DNA of 62,917 bases, counting the filler, from Octopus bimaculoides (Eukaryota): the NCBI RefSeq assembly GCF_001194135.2. It is 6 parts of 5 records of this genome, joined end to end, with 100 filler letters (N's around TTAATTAATTAA, not from the genome) between each part and the next. Parts side by side here need not be neighbours in the genome. Positions count along the whole stretch, not along the records: positions 1 to 20,770 come from NC_068997.1; 5 more parts are not named here. The stretch is one strand, 5' to 3'. Below, piece by piece: positions 1-13,384 of this stretch. The notes below the pieces were generated by a model. It worked only from the letters and a program-made list of their open reading frames with translations. It was not told the origin of the DNA and ran no database searches. A program made the translations under genes and the position numbers. Position 1 is the stretch's first letter; each line of letters opens with the position of its first letter.

Positions 1-17
1 TATATATATATATATGT

Positions 18-163
18 ACGATGGGCTTCTTTCAGTTTCCGTCTACCAAATTCACTTACAAGGCTTTGGTCGGCGCGAGGCTATAGTAGAAGACACTTGC
101 CCAAGGTTCCATGCAGTGGGACTGAACCAGGAACCATGTGGTTGGTAAGCAAGCTACTTACCA
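18..163 (-). mobile_element. SINE family A (tRNA/CORE-like), near full length, (TA)n tail at 1-17
   Basis: Reverse complement matches 700-818 and 56203-56357 (ACCTTGGGCAAGTGTCTTCTACTATAGC...GGTAGACGGAAACTGAAAGAAGCCC followed by (TA)n). Confidence 0.85.
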
Positions 164-480
164 TTCCGAGTTAGAAAACAGTGAGATCGAATGGATACAA
201 ATTATTAATTAATTAATTAACATATTCGCCTACAATTGTTTCATTTTACAAACAAAATTAAAATTACAAAACATATATGAATATGTAATTTTGCATTGTA
301 AATACGCTTGTATGGAAAAACATGATTTTCCACACAGGGTATTTAAAATGCAAAATTTTTCTTTATATATGTTTTGTAATTTTTATTTTGTTTGTAAAAT
401 GAAACAATTGTAGGTGAATATGTTAATTTATTAATAAATTAATTTGTATCCATTAGATCTCACTGTTTTCTAACTCGAAT
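163..480. mobile_element. Foldback/MITE-like palindromic element, ~160-bp arms
   Basis: ATTCCGAGTTAGAAAACAGTGAGATC... at the left is the reverse complement of ...GATCTCACTGTTTTCTAACTCGAAT at the right; pairing continues to the centre near 322. Confidence 0.85.
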
Positions 481-611
481 AATAACTTTTGATATTTTAC
501 GATATTTTATATAATATATTCATTGAAGAAGTATCTCCTCAAAATATATATTAAAACAATGTATCTTGGATAAAATATCTCTGTAAGAGGCTTAAATATC
601 CTCATTCTGAC

Positions 612-687
<76 letters not shown>
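612..687. repeat. (TA)n(TG)n microsatellite
   Basis: Seen directly. Confidence 0.95.
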
Positions 688-688
<1 letters not shown>

Positions 689-699
689 AGGGGAACTAC

Positions 700-817
700 A
701 TGGTACCCGGATCAGTCTCACTGCGTGGTACCTTGCGTATGTGTCATGTACTATAGCCGTGGGCTGTCCAAAGCCTAGCGAGTGGATTTGGTAGACGGAA
801 ACTGAAAGAAGCCCGTC

Positions 818-877
<60 letters not shown>
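700..877 (+). mobile_element. SINE family A, 5'-truncated, with (TA)n tail
   Basis: Homologous to 18-163 (reverse complement) and 56203-56357. Confidence 0.8.
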
Positions 878-879
<2 letters not shown>

Positions 880-1375
880 CTCAAAGAAATTCCATCTTTG
901 ACTGATTTTCACGTTTTATTTACAATCTTATAATAATATAATGTAGGATAATATAATATAAGATAATATATATATAATAGTTCTGATTGAACTAGTACTT
1001 TCATTAAACTATGCAATCTTCATATTTATGTTGTAGTGGTGACGGATATGTTTTACGATTTACAACTGTGGCGAGATGGCTAAACTGTGTGCCTTCAATA
1101 CATTTGTATAGGCTCCAGAATGTCAATTTTTGCAAACTGTATTCTGACCAATCAGTGTGTGATTTTACTAAATAACTTAAGTTGAATGGTGCTTGGTTTA
1201 AGCGTCACGGTTTGTTGAACATGTCAAGAAGCCTGTATTCTGACCCTGGCCAAAGCAGTAATTGTTGGGCTATTCTTAGAAATGTTGTAAGCAACATTTC
1301 CCAAGGATTTTTACATTTCAATTATCATCATCATCATTATTAACTCTTTTATTATTGTTGTCGTTGTTGTTGGTG

Positions 1376-1407
<32 letters not shown>

Positions 1408-1829
1408 ACGAGTAGCTGTGGTAATAGAACTTTACACTCAAGAATAAGATTATTTTTATTGACCTTTCTCTATACGTAGCTAGTATTTTCATGCTATCAT
1501 TATAATGTGCACTTTTAGTACTGTTGTTGTTGTTAGTGGTAGTGGTCGTAGCAGTAGAAATAGTATTTCTAAGTGTTAAAATTATTGTTTATTTAACGTG
1601 GTTTGGAATTTATTAATAATTCTTTTCTCTGACTTTCCTTTCAAATTCACTTCGACTGTGTAGTTTATAGAATGGAAATACAAATATTTTCCGACCGCAT
1701 GTTGCTAGATGGTTATTCAAAGGTATCTGACGGACATACTATGCTGACAGCATGCAGCATGCAGTGTCTATTATAGGTCTGATCTGAACTCATTTTAAAA
1801 GGATGTGTATATGTACAGATAAAATTAAT

Positions 1830-2680
1830 AGTAATCTGTATAAGGTATCGCATCTCAAATCTAAAGCCAAGGCTTACATATATACAAGTTAGAGACATGT
1901 TGTTCACTGATGAATATATCCTTGTCTTCCACGATTCAGAGGAGATCCGAAGCTTAATGAGTACTTTTAACGATGTGACTATTAAGCGCGGCATGAACAT
2001 TAATATTCAGAAAACTAAAGATCTGTAACGCTAAGATCTAATACAATCCAAATGACAAACTCAGAACTCATGATGATGGAAGAGCAGAGGAAAGTAAAGA
2101 CAGACCAGTTTACCTATTTGGGAAGTACGATTAGTAATTATGGTAGGCTCAGCGAGGAAATAGGTTACTGAAGAAGTAAAGTTAAGTCGGTATTTAGGAA
2201 ATTCGACTGTGGAACAACACGTGATAGTCCACGAGCAGAGTATTATATACTTTTTTGAACGTTTCTGAGACATAGACCACAAACAAGTTTAAGAAAACCC
2301 TGTTTGCATTCATGGTGAAACACGTGAAGCAAATCAGGAACACTACTTGGAAAAAAGATTAGGAACATCATCAGCCAAGAGTAAAGCAAACTTCCTAGCG
2401 TGGAAAAGATACAGGCTCAGTAAAACCTCCGATGAAATAGAATGTCCAAGCAACGATGAAAAAATCGGTTACGGAGATAAATATTCGACTTACAGCTGAC
2501 TAGCTATACAAGAGATCAGAACAGATCTCTACGGAGATACAAGATCATGTTCAAATACACACAGAAGCATTAAATATTGATAACCACCGCTGGGCCACAA
2601 CAGAAACCAGTGGAAGTGAGCGACCTATTTTTGACGGTACGACGTGTGTACTATCGACTCAGCTTATGGTGATAATTGTG
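1830..2680 (+). pseudogene. Decayed RTE-clade LINE, RT C-terminal part
   Basis: Manual translation gives VRDMLFTDE (cf. IRDLLFADD), GMNINIQKTK and DQFTYLGSTISNYGRLSEEI, with stops and frameshifts. Confidence 0.8.
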
Positions 2681-3161
2681 CGTGTGTGTGCGTGCATGCG
2701 TGCATTGTGTGTGTGTGTGTGTGTTTAATGTATTTTATGGTAACTGAAATCTTAATACTATCTGGTTTCATGCATCATACCCACAGGGATAAACGGAGTG
2801 AAATTGACTGTAGCTAAGAACGATAACTTCACAATGAACACATGAATAAATTAGGTCTATGAAATCATATGTAGTCCTGTAGTAAAAAAGATTGCTATAT
2901 GACTTTGGAACAACGAATATAACGACGGAATGTGTATGTGGCTGCAAGATGTATTCAAGCTATTCGATACTTCTTGATTTCTCTTGGTAGCATAAAAAAT
3001 TAATTCAGTATTATAGCCTGTAACCTGTTCCTTCGTCAAAGTTGATAACAACGATATGGATTTCTCATATGAATTTGTGTAACGTTTATGTAACGATATG
3101 CATTTAAACATATATATATATACACATACATACATATATGCACATATACTTATGTATATAC

Positions 3162-3163
<2 letters not shown>

Positions 3164-3232
<69 letters not shown>
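3164..3232. repeat. (GATA)n microsatellite
   Basis: Seen directly. Confidence 0.95.
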
Positions 3233-3234
<2 letters not shown>

Positions 3235-4132
3235 TTTGTGTGAGTGAGTACGTGTGCTTGCGTATTGTATGTTTGGCTATTCTTATGAATATATTATATA
3301 GTCATACATCATTACCTTTGTTTGGTTCAATTCAACATTGTTAACCAATGTTTACCTCACTTCGAAACAGATTTAGTATTGATTAATTAATGTTTCGTGC
3401 TCATCACATTAAGAGTTTTATTACTTAATTTACTATTTATTTCGCATGTAGATAATATCGCTAAGTTATTTCCCCCAGGCTTTATACCGTGTTGTTGCAC
3501 TAGCATTTGTACATATTCTGTATAAGCATTTCTTTCTCTCTGTCGGATTGAAGAATATGAGAATATGTGAATATTTATACTTTGCTTAGAAGGTCTGATA
3601 AGATCGAAACATGTCAATTGTTGTGGTCCCCCCTCTCCACTGTCTGCCAAATAACCAGCTATTCTTCCTCTCACGATATTACGTCTTTCTAATTTTAATT
3701 AATTGAGACTCTGGTATGTCAGCCCATTAAAATAATTCTTGATTGCTTTTGCGTGGTTGAGCTCAGCATTGTTCAATAATGATTACTTTTCCTCTATATG
3801 GCTATATTAATTAAAGTTTTTGTGTTCTCCCTCACATTAAGTCTAACGCCGCTTATTTCAGTGTGTTTGTATGTGTTTGCACAACGCAGCATAATTCAGA
3901 AGAACTGGAATAAATTTACAAGTATAAAACTTCACTGTAGCTTGAAATATTCAACGGTGAATTACCCGAAGCAATAGAAGTTTGTGAAAATATGAGCCTA
4001 CATGATTATTACTTGTTAAGTTGTGGAAGTATAGTCATATTTTAAATAAACATGTAATGGAAACGCATATAGTGGTACTCTTAAATATTCAATAGTTTTT
4101 TTGTGTACTATACGTGTGTGGGGGGGGGGTGT

Positions 4133-4783
4133 AGTAGCTGAATAGCCCGTCGTTGCCGAGCAATTTTTAGAATAGAATGTCATATAAATGTTTGTTTATT
4201 CTATGTTAGACAATGCCTTCCCCAACGGATAAGCCTCTTGATCAGGACAGATTTGTGCAATTTTTTGCAAAAGGACTTCATTGAGGATATTCTTTTCTTT
4301 TTAAATTATTTACTTGTCTGTTCGACCGTTTCACAGAACATTATTCATTAAGACTTACTAAAACTTCAGAAGTTCTTACAACTTTGGTCATCGTAATGCT
4401 TTGCTTTCGTTTTGTTTAATAAAAATTCCTCCTCGTAACAATTTTGCTTTCATTTTGTGATCGACAGCTATCATGTAGAAAATGCCATCTTCCAAATCCT
4501 GTTTTCTGAGTAAGTAAAATTGGTTAAACATTAAACCTCACTAATATTTTTCTGCAATTTTTCTGGAACAAATAAACAACAAAGTCGGATTTAACGTGGG
4601 AAATTCTTTTAATATACCAAATTTGAAAACTTTGACGCAAATTCAAAATTTCACAATATGCTGCAGCAGCAAGGAAGACTCTCCGAAAGTAGAGAGACAG
4701 ACTGTTATAGGACGTTACAAACACACAAACTTATAAACGTACACACAGTTAATCACGAGTTTAAAATGGTGTATAGTAGATAT
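4133..4783 (+). mobile_element. Possible non-autonomous Helitron/Helentron-like element
   Basis: Start TAGCTGAATAGCCCGTCGTTGCC and end ...GTGTATAGTAGAT resemble the termini of Lep1/HINE-type elements; resemblance only. Confidence 0.35.
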
Positions 4784-5412
4784 AAGTATGTACGTATATG
4801 TGTGTGTATATATATGTATGTGTGTGTCTGTGTGTGAGTGCTTCATTGCGATGGACAGCAGAAAAGCCACCTACCTCTTCTCTCCTGAGAGTTACGTATC
4901 CCTCATACCGATCTTTCTTTCCCATCTTCGGCGTTTTAAAAGTTACTTATGTGTATGTGCATGTGTGTGTGTATGCATGTGTCTATGTATTTACGAAAGT
5001 ATGTATGCAACGTCACGCGTATTATCTATGAATGACAGCTGTATTAACGTAACATCCCACTGCCACTCCATGTTTCACAATGCTTATCTCCACTTCTCTG
5101 ATATCAGCCACACTCACTATGCCACGCATTTCCCTCACACTAACAATCTTTTTACCCTTCTCATTTTATCAAATAATATCCTAACTCTCCTAGGGGACCC
5201 GTTATAGATTTTTATTGAAATCCAATTAGCTTATAATTGAACTGGATGTTAGTTTAACAAGTATGCAAAGTTTCGTCAAGATTGGTTTACTGGTGTAGGC
5301 AGCAAGATGGTAACAGTCAGATCGACAGACAAAAATTCCCATTTATGCATGAGATGTNNNNNNNNNNNNNNNNNNNNNNNNNNNNNNNNNNNNNNNNNNN
5401 NNNATATATATA

Positions 5413-5448
<36 letters not shown>

Positions 5449-5459
5449 TGTATATATGT

Positions 5460-6760
5460 GTACAAATAATGCGTTATTTTTTATAGTTTTATTTTTCAAA
5501 ATTATGGTAAACGAAGTTCCTTTTTTAATCTAAAATATACTCTCCTTCATTTTCTACAATGCTCTTCCATCTATCTGGTAGACTTGCAAAGCCCCTCTTC
5601 CAAAATTCATTTGTCTGTAACAAAAAATACTCCTCCAGTACTCTTCTGACCTCGTCTACAGAATTCATATTTTTTCTGTTCAAATGATTTTGGAGACTGC
5701 AGAATAAATAATAATCAAATGGGGTAATGCTTGGCAAATATTGTAGGTGGGGCATCATTTCCCATTCAAACTTCTCCAGCCTTTGGAATGTCATCCTCGC
5801 TATATGTAGCCGAGCATTATCCTGATGGAAGAACACCTTTCGTCTTGAAACCAAAGTTGGTCGTTTTTCTTCTAGCGCTGACTAAAGCCACTCAAACTGC
5901 AGTAGATCTCCTTTGTTATCATTTGGTTGGGGTTTAAAAGTTCAAAGTGAACTAAACCTTTCATATCCCACCAAACAAATAACAACACCTTACATGGGTA
6001 TACACAGTTCATCACGTACACACAGTTAATCACGAGTTTAAAATGGTGTACGTATGTATTTATATATATGTATGTGTGTGTCTGTGTGTGAGTGTTTCAT
6101 TGCGATGGACAGAAGAAAAGCCGCCTACCCCTTCTCTCCTGAGAGCTGCGTATCCCTCACACCCATCCATCTTTCTTTCCCATCCTCGGCGTTTTAAAAG
6201 TTACTTCCTTAGCCTGGAATACCGGTGTTTCTCTTTTCCCTACCCACAGTCTTCGGCGCTTGACATTTTTATAGAGAACCATTTCTCGTCACCAGTGACT
6301 ATTCCGTTCCAAAAACGGTTCATTCGTGAGATGTGACAGCAAAGAAGAGCACACATTCACTCACTGCTCGCTGCGATTAGACTGGGAAAGTTTGTGAGGA
6401 CTCATTGACCCAATTTGCTGACATTTTCGATGACAAGCAGGTGTCGATGAATGAATGAGTGACCAAATCCAAAGCTTCTCTGCTAGTTTCTCAACAGCTA
6501 CAATGGGATTTTGTTCTACAAGGGTTTGCAGGACGTTCTCATCGAGCTCTACAGATCTTCCAGGACGAGACTCGTCTTCTAGGCTGTAGTTTCCGGTTTG
6601 GAAGTTTTCATTTGTTTGTAATGAATAATATCACATCGGAACAAAGCCTGGTAAAGAAATTCTTCGGATAAACGCGAAGTACTGTTTCTACGGAAGATCA
6701 TAGCAGTAATCAAGCGGAGAAAATTAATTGAAACATGACACGTGAGATTACTACTTTATA
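5460..6760 (-). pseudogene. Decayed mariner transposon, interrupted by an insertion at 5998-6206
   Basis: Minus-strand motifs GNYSLEDESRPGRSVELDENVLQTLVEQNP, IVTGDEKW, KVLLFVWWDMKG, FHQDNAR and PFDYYLFCSLQNHL...EGEYILD. Confidence 0.92.
5998..6206 (+). repeat. Local duplicate of 4739-4948 inserted inside the mariner
   Basis: Near-identical ~200-bp segment (GTACACACAGTTAATCACGAG...GGCGTTTTAAAAGTTACTT) at both places. Confidence 0.9.
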
Positions 6761-7599
6761 CGCCATGAATGGTCAAGAGACTGGTGTCAGGTATCTAAAA
6801 GAGAGAAACTATCTGGAGAAATTTCAGTGGATTTTTAAAATAAAGCATGATCTCTTTCAATTTCATGAAGAAGCTAGGTAAGATTTCTGGTATGGGTACA
6901 TGAAAAGGATGACGAGTGACTTGGATCTAGAATACTCAAACTACTCTTACATCAGTGCCAGACAGCTGTGACGGGTAATCTTTGTTAAGAAAAAAATCGC
7001 TATTATTCCAACTGACAACCAAACTGGTGCATTAAAGAGGAGTCCGACCAAACCAGTGAATTCTTCTGAGAAAACCATAAACAGAATGGACTGGCGCAAT
7101 AAAACTGAGATGAACATGCCACCATTATATGGACAACCTGTTACTGATTATAAACAAGAAGTAGTAATGAGTTAAGAACATAAACAACTGAAAGTACAGT
7201 TTGCAAGAAAATTCAAACAAAACTTCACCATTTACATTAATAAACAAATACAGGTAAGAACAGTTACCGCATAACTTGAAAGAAAACATGTTGACCTGAT
7301 GTTGTTTGTAATGAACCAAGTAACTATGAAACTGGCAAAGATCGAAAATCTCAATTTTTTAACATTAAGCTTATGTTCGTACTGTGCTGCAATTACCATT
7401 TGCCAACAGATGGGTGCAACAGAAATTGATCGTAACGAGATTTCCTTTCAGACAAATATCTGGTGGAACATTCCAATGAAAGCAATAACGAAGTGTAAGC
7501 ACAACAGGCCAAATATAGGTGTGTAGGACAGGAATCAAAAGTGGTAGACTGCCCTTGGAATCAAAGGTGTTCTATCTGCAACTACACACCCTTTTCACA

Positions 7600-7680
7600 T
7601 CCTTTATTTTTAAAACCAATCGAGTGTGATTTGAGAGAAAATTGGTTGCTATTTCTAACAAATCGAATGACCCCATAAAA
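7600..7680 (-). repeat. Dispersed repeat fragment (TAGAAATAGCAGCCAAAT...CAAATCACAC family); also ~8590-8640 and ~46270-46435
   Basis: Three diverged copies in the window, in both orientations. Confidence 0.55.
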
Positions 7681-8416
7681 ACTTCCTACTAGATTAATTT
7701 AGTAGTTTGCAGAGATTATAGGCCGCTGAAGGACAGGTGTAGACCAAATGAATTAATTGTTCGTATCGTACAGTAATGTTATTGTTGCTTGATATTTGAC
7801 CAAGTGTGAATTCTAGCCGTGCGCTGTTTTTCTTCGTTTACTATGTTTTCTATTTGCTGTTAATATTGCAGTAGCGCTGTATATAATTACTAGTATTTTG
7901 GTATTTAGTGTATGTGGTGTATGTTTCTGATATTCTCTTTGGTCGCTGACATGAATGGAGACGGCGAATTTGGTAGGTGCTACTGTAAGTCTGTTACTTT
8001 GGATACAGGTTTATCCATGATTAAATTCATGAGGATAGTGGTAGTGATGGTGGTGGTGGTGGTGGTGGAAAGAGTAGTGGATGCATTACTGACGAAATGG
8101 GGAAAGACAATATGATATCCATATCCAACCTAAGAGTGAGCCAATGAGGAGACACAAAGAAGGTGTTCAAACTACTAGAAATAACAGCCAAACTTTCTGA
8201 ATAAACGACGCAGCGTAATCCCAGTTAAACAATGTTTCTATCTGTCTAGCGACATATATATTCTCTTTTACTCTTTTACTTGTTTCAGTCTTTGAGTGCT
8301 ACTAATAGTTTCACATGTTGAGAAATACGCAAACATACTCTTCAGGCACAAACCACATTCCATGACGAACTAAAACTTTCTATCACGGATCAGTACATCA
8401 TATATATATACATATA

Positions 8417-8474
<58 letters not shown>

Positions 8475-8498
8475 NNNNNNNNNNNNNNNNNNNNNNNN

Positions 8499-8539
<41 letters not shown>

Positions 8540-11500
8540 TCACAGTAGAAGGAATTGACGAGAGCCCATGTACGTGTTGTCTCAATCTTCTAGAAACAGT
8601 ATACATATTTTTCCTCAAATCACAACCTACTGTCTTTAAAACTGGGAAGACATAGTGGACACAAGTCCACATATACTGCCTGAAAGACAAACTTGAAAGT
8701 CATGGGTGGAAAGCTTTTGATCACATATCTGTTTGATCGGGACTGGCTTGCAGGGTAAACAACACCAACAATAACCACAATCAAAATTGTCAATATCTTC
8801 GAAAGTTTATTTTTCAAACAGATTTCACTTGCCTCGAGAGTGTATAATTGAGATAACAATTTGCGTGCAAGTGTGTACAAATGTCTACAACTTAATACAT
8901 ATATATGTTTCTGCGTGTGTGTGTGTGTGTGCGCGCACACACATGTGTGTATTTGTATGTAGTATGTATGTATTTGCGACATTTTCCTTAGTATTCCTAT
9001 CATCACCAGCCTATTGAATCTTGACTTGTATTCCTCTGTCTCCCTCTCTCTTACTCTCTTTCCTTCTATATATGTATATATATATATATATATNNNNNNN
9101 NNNNNNNNNNNNNNNNNNNNNNNNNNNNNNNNNNNTATATATAGGCTACCGGCGTTTTCTGTTTGTTGTTTAATCTCCACGAAAAGAATTGTGATAATTT
9201 TGCTTCAGTGTATTATTTGAATTAGAAATAATTTATTGCAATTCGCAGAATATAGAATATAGCAAAATTCTCAGTGAATGTTTTAATGACTATTATATAT
9301 TTATATATTATATATATATATTCCACCTCCAGCTTTGTTTGACGTAAAGATTACTCTTGCCTCCAACGTATGAGTCCTCGAGGAAAGAAGCAGGTTTATT
9401 TCACCTGTAGTCTAGCTACCTTTGTGATTTTTTGACGAATAATGTAAAGCTAGGAGCGATAAGGATTCTGGGAATTATATCTTTTGCTGAATCCAGAAAG
9501 TATTGTAGTCGCAATAACATGGAGTTTGAAATTGTTAACAACTGATCTTTTATTGCATCGGCAAGATGGATCTGAGCTGCGAAAGAAGTGGGTGGGTGTT
9601 TTTGTCGTATGACTTAGTTAATGCTGTACATCTGCATATTCCGTTTAAATAGTCGTTCACTTGTTTTCGATCAATACCGTGTCAACGTATCAACACTGGA
9701 GAGCTGTTACAAAATCTGCGTTGATAATATTGATGGCATTGTTCTTTCTAATGAATATTCCTATTTCAAATAGTCATCCGTGAATCTGGTAGTTTTTAGA
9801 AACCTTTTTGAAGCTCATTTATCTTGGTTCATCAACTGATTATAGTGTTATACTGATAGATCCTATGTAAATTATTCCTGGTACAATATCTTTGACTTTG
9901 ACATTGCTTTGGTACCGCAAATAGTTTACACGTTGATCAAACAAATAATTTTCATGTAGGCGGGCTCACATATTAATGGATAAATATAATTGTTCATGCT
10001 TCTTCAAAGATTTGACAAATTCTTAACAAGTCTTATGTTCCTTTACCCGTGTGTCACTTGGAATAGCAGGCAATGCTATTCCAAGATATCTAAAAATAAC
10101 AATATCTGAAATCTTCATTTGAAATTAAAGGCTCTCCCTTCATTTTGTTTCCTTGGATATCCTGCAGAGTCTCGGCGATCCTGTTGCATCTTGCACACAC
10201 CAAATGGTAGAATATCGTTCTTAGCAGTGACATTACATTTTTCTCAATAGTAGTAAATGCGAAGTTGAAAATTGCGTCTTTATGATTAACATTTATTTAT
10301 ACTGAGAATGTTTTTGTTTTTCTATTCGAGTCAGGTGCCTGATGTCTTCTGATAGAATTTGCCTGTAATTTTGCCATATCGCAAAATGGCCAACAGTAAC
10401 AGTGAGCTCCCACACTATGTTTTTGATGAAGTCTCGCTTAGAACATACCCTTGTCTATGTGTCGCTGCACTGCTGAATTTCACTATTTCACGTCTTGGAA
10501 GGGTTTTTGACAATGATCCTGTCGACTTGGATGAACAACAATAAAAGACATTAGTCAAGGTTTCATATTGAAAAATTCCATGATGACCATCGTCAGGCCA
10601 GTTTACCCTCTACTTTGTACGTTTCTAGTACACTATATTTTTGCGTCAGATGTAGAAATATGTACATAAGTAACGGGATCTTCCAAAAGTAAAGAAAATG
10701 CAGTTTTATCTTTTGTAAGTAAATGTATTCAATAAAATATATTCTTCATCCATTTTTCAGGTAATCACTTATGTGTTAAAACGCTTCATTGCTTCAATAG
10801 GAACTACGTTAATTCATATGTTTCGTTTTTGAATTTGCTTTTGGAGAGTATATATAACTACACCAAATTTCTTATATGCACAAATATCTAATTAACTTGA
10901 CTAAGTGACAGAACATAACATTGATATATGTATCGTTTGTCAATAGCAGCTATAAATCATGGCTAATCGGTTGTTAATTTCAAGAACAGTCCATATTCGT
11001 CTAGTAATTGAATATAGCATTTAGTAAATTGTCTACAGTAATTACCACTGCCTCTTGGTTAGTAGCTTTTGTTCGTAATACTTGGAATTTTGATTTTTCA
11101 TCAGACTCTTGTTGCCTGGTTATCCAATGTCTGACGGCATCAGCGATGAGTTGTGATTCTTGTTGTGCTTCATGATGTTGAGGTCAACACAGGGCCCTGT
11201 GTGGGACATTGCTCTCCAGTTTTTGTTGCCATTTTTTAAATGTCTTGAAGAATCACAGATAAGGTGTTATAATGTTAATTTTCTTTCTTCTGTTTTCTAA
11301 TGTTATTGCCTTGAAAAAAACTGGCTTTGATGCAGATTTTAAAGTTCTGTCTTGAATATTTTTTTTTTTCTTTTGTAAACTTGCGAAGCGACAGACCGAG
11401 TAACGCTTAAGGAATTTTATAAATATTTTAGCGAAGTAACCAAGACGGCAGGTTGAGAACTGTCTGTTTACGAACGGTGATGATGTGTAAGATGGAATGT

Positions 11501-11751
11501 GAAAGAGAGCAAAAAAATATATGAGGAGACCGCAGCGAGAGACATGGCAATATATACCATCATACAGAAATAAAATTGAACGTAATGCAAGAATTGGTTA
11601 AAGTAAAAATGAGATTATATTGTCTCTTACCTTGTAGTCTTCTTGCTCAGGAAATGTCAAGATATGAGCAGCAATAAAAGAAAAAGAGATAGAGAAAGAT
11701 GCACGTGTGTATGTATGCATATATATATATATACATACATATATACATACA

Positions 11752-11754
11752 AAG

Positions 11755-11811
<57 letters not shown>
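11752..11811. repeat. (AAAG)n microsatellite
   Basis: Seen directly. Confidence 0.95.
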
Positions 11812-11813
<2 letters not shown>

Positions 11814-12051
11814 GAGAGTGTGCGGCAAAAGATTTTCAGAACCAAATCAGAAGGGTTAGAGACATGTCGTAGAGAAAGAACCAGTATGTAAAATCAGTTT
11901 AAATTAAAAATTAAATTGTATTAAATTGCCTCTTAGATTAGTCTCGCGCACGAAATATTTAATTTAGAAAATTGAGAAACGGTAGTCTGTCAATGGGGAT
12001 GATAAGAGAAAACAAGATATACATATATATATATATTATACACGTTCTTGT

Positions 12052-12240
12052 TTTCTTTTGTTTCAGTCATTTGATTGCGGCCATGCTGGAACACCGCGCA
12101 TTAATCGAACAAATCGACCCTAGGACTTATTCTTTGTAAGCCTAGTTCTTATCGGTGTCTTTTGCCGAACCGCTAAGTTACGGGAACGTAGACACGCCAC
12201 CATCGGTTGTCAAGCGATGGTGGGGGACAAACACAGACAC
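12052..12240 (-). mobile_element. SINE-like family B ((GTAAAAGA)n tail)
   Basis: Reverse complement matches 24917-25072, 56722-56947 and 59100-59227. Confidence 0.85.
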
Positions 12241-12257
12241 ACAAACACACACACATA

Positions 12258-12289
<32 letters not shown>

Positions 12290-12290
12290 C

Positions 12291-12321
<31 letters not shown>

Positions 12322-12399
12322 CGTGTGTGTGTGCGTGTGTGTATACATACATATCTATATATATGTGTGTATGTGTGTGTATGCATGTATGTATGTACG

Positions 12400-12469
<70 letters not shown>

Positions 12470-13109
12470 GAGAGAGAGAGAGACAGAGACAGACAGACAG
12501 ACAGAGACAGACAGACAGACAGAGACAGACAGACAGACAGAGACAGACAGCGATACATAGACATATATAGATATAGTTATAGTTATACACACAAACACTC
12601 AGAGAGAGAGAGAGAGAGAGAGAGATGTAGGTTCTTATAAACAAAACGAGAGGATTAGAAAGTATAGAAATAAACTACAAAATTATTTGAATCATTTTAA
12701 CGTAAAAATTAAATTATATTTAATTGTCTGTGAGCTTATAGTCTTCTTGATCACGAAACTTTTAAGTCGGGAGTCTGACAACACTTTGTCTCTGAACGGT
12801 GTTGATAAGAGAAAATGTTTTAGAAAGAATTACATTTAAGATATTGAACGAAAAGTCGTGTTAACGAATCGACAACGTGTATGCGTTTGACCTAGCAGTC
12901 GAATTTATCGACAAAGGTCAAAAGATATAATTTAGAGAAACAATGACTACAGTTTTCTATATTTTTGTTAGCTGTTCAGTTTTTGTTGTTTGTTAGAATT
13001 TAATTCAAACACATTGGCGCTCTTATGTATAGCGAAATAGATGTTGCAGAAACCTTTGGTAAAAGATAGGCAATATTAATAATAATAATGGTTTCTGATC
13101 GAGTAAAAA

Positions 13110-13290
13110 TGCCAGTAATTTCTAAAAGGAGTTAGTCGATACTATTACTTCTGAACCTGGTTGGCAGTTTATTTTATCGACCTTGAAAAGGTGAAAAAGA
13201 AACTCGACTTTGACGGGATCTGAAAGCAGAATCTAAAGAGGCAGAAAAAAATGCCGCATAGCATTTTGTCCAGCACCAACGATTTCGCCA
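13110..13290 (-). mobile_element. SINE family C, diverged
   Basis: TTTTATCGACCTTGAAAAGGTGAAA...ACTCGACTTTGACGGGATCTGAA; same family as 58493-58616. Confidence 0.6.
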
Positions 13291-13384
13291 TCCTCCGCAC
13301 TAACCACAACAAGAACAACAAATCGTAAAACAGCTAAAATCTAACCTACTTTGGGATCTATAGGATGTTTTGATAAAAGAAAAA

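Noticed and set aside
1140-1160. CCAAT box (GACCAATCAG) as a promoter
   Set aside because: Single motif with no associated TSS or gene evidence
6860-6960. WYGYMKRM-like LINE 3' peptide
   Set aside because: Too short and degenerate to annotate with confidence
12155-12644. Many overlapping ORFs rich in YI/CV/HT/LS repeats (also 16544-17092, 30674-32207, 37982-38414 and others)
   Set aside because: Translations of dinucleotide and tetranucleotide microsatellites
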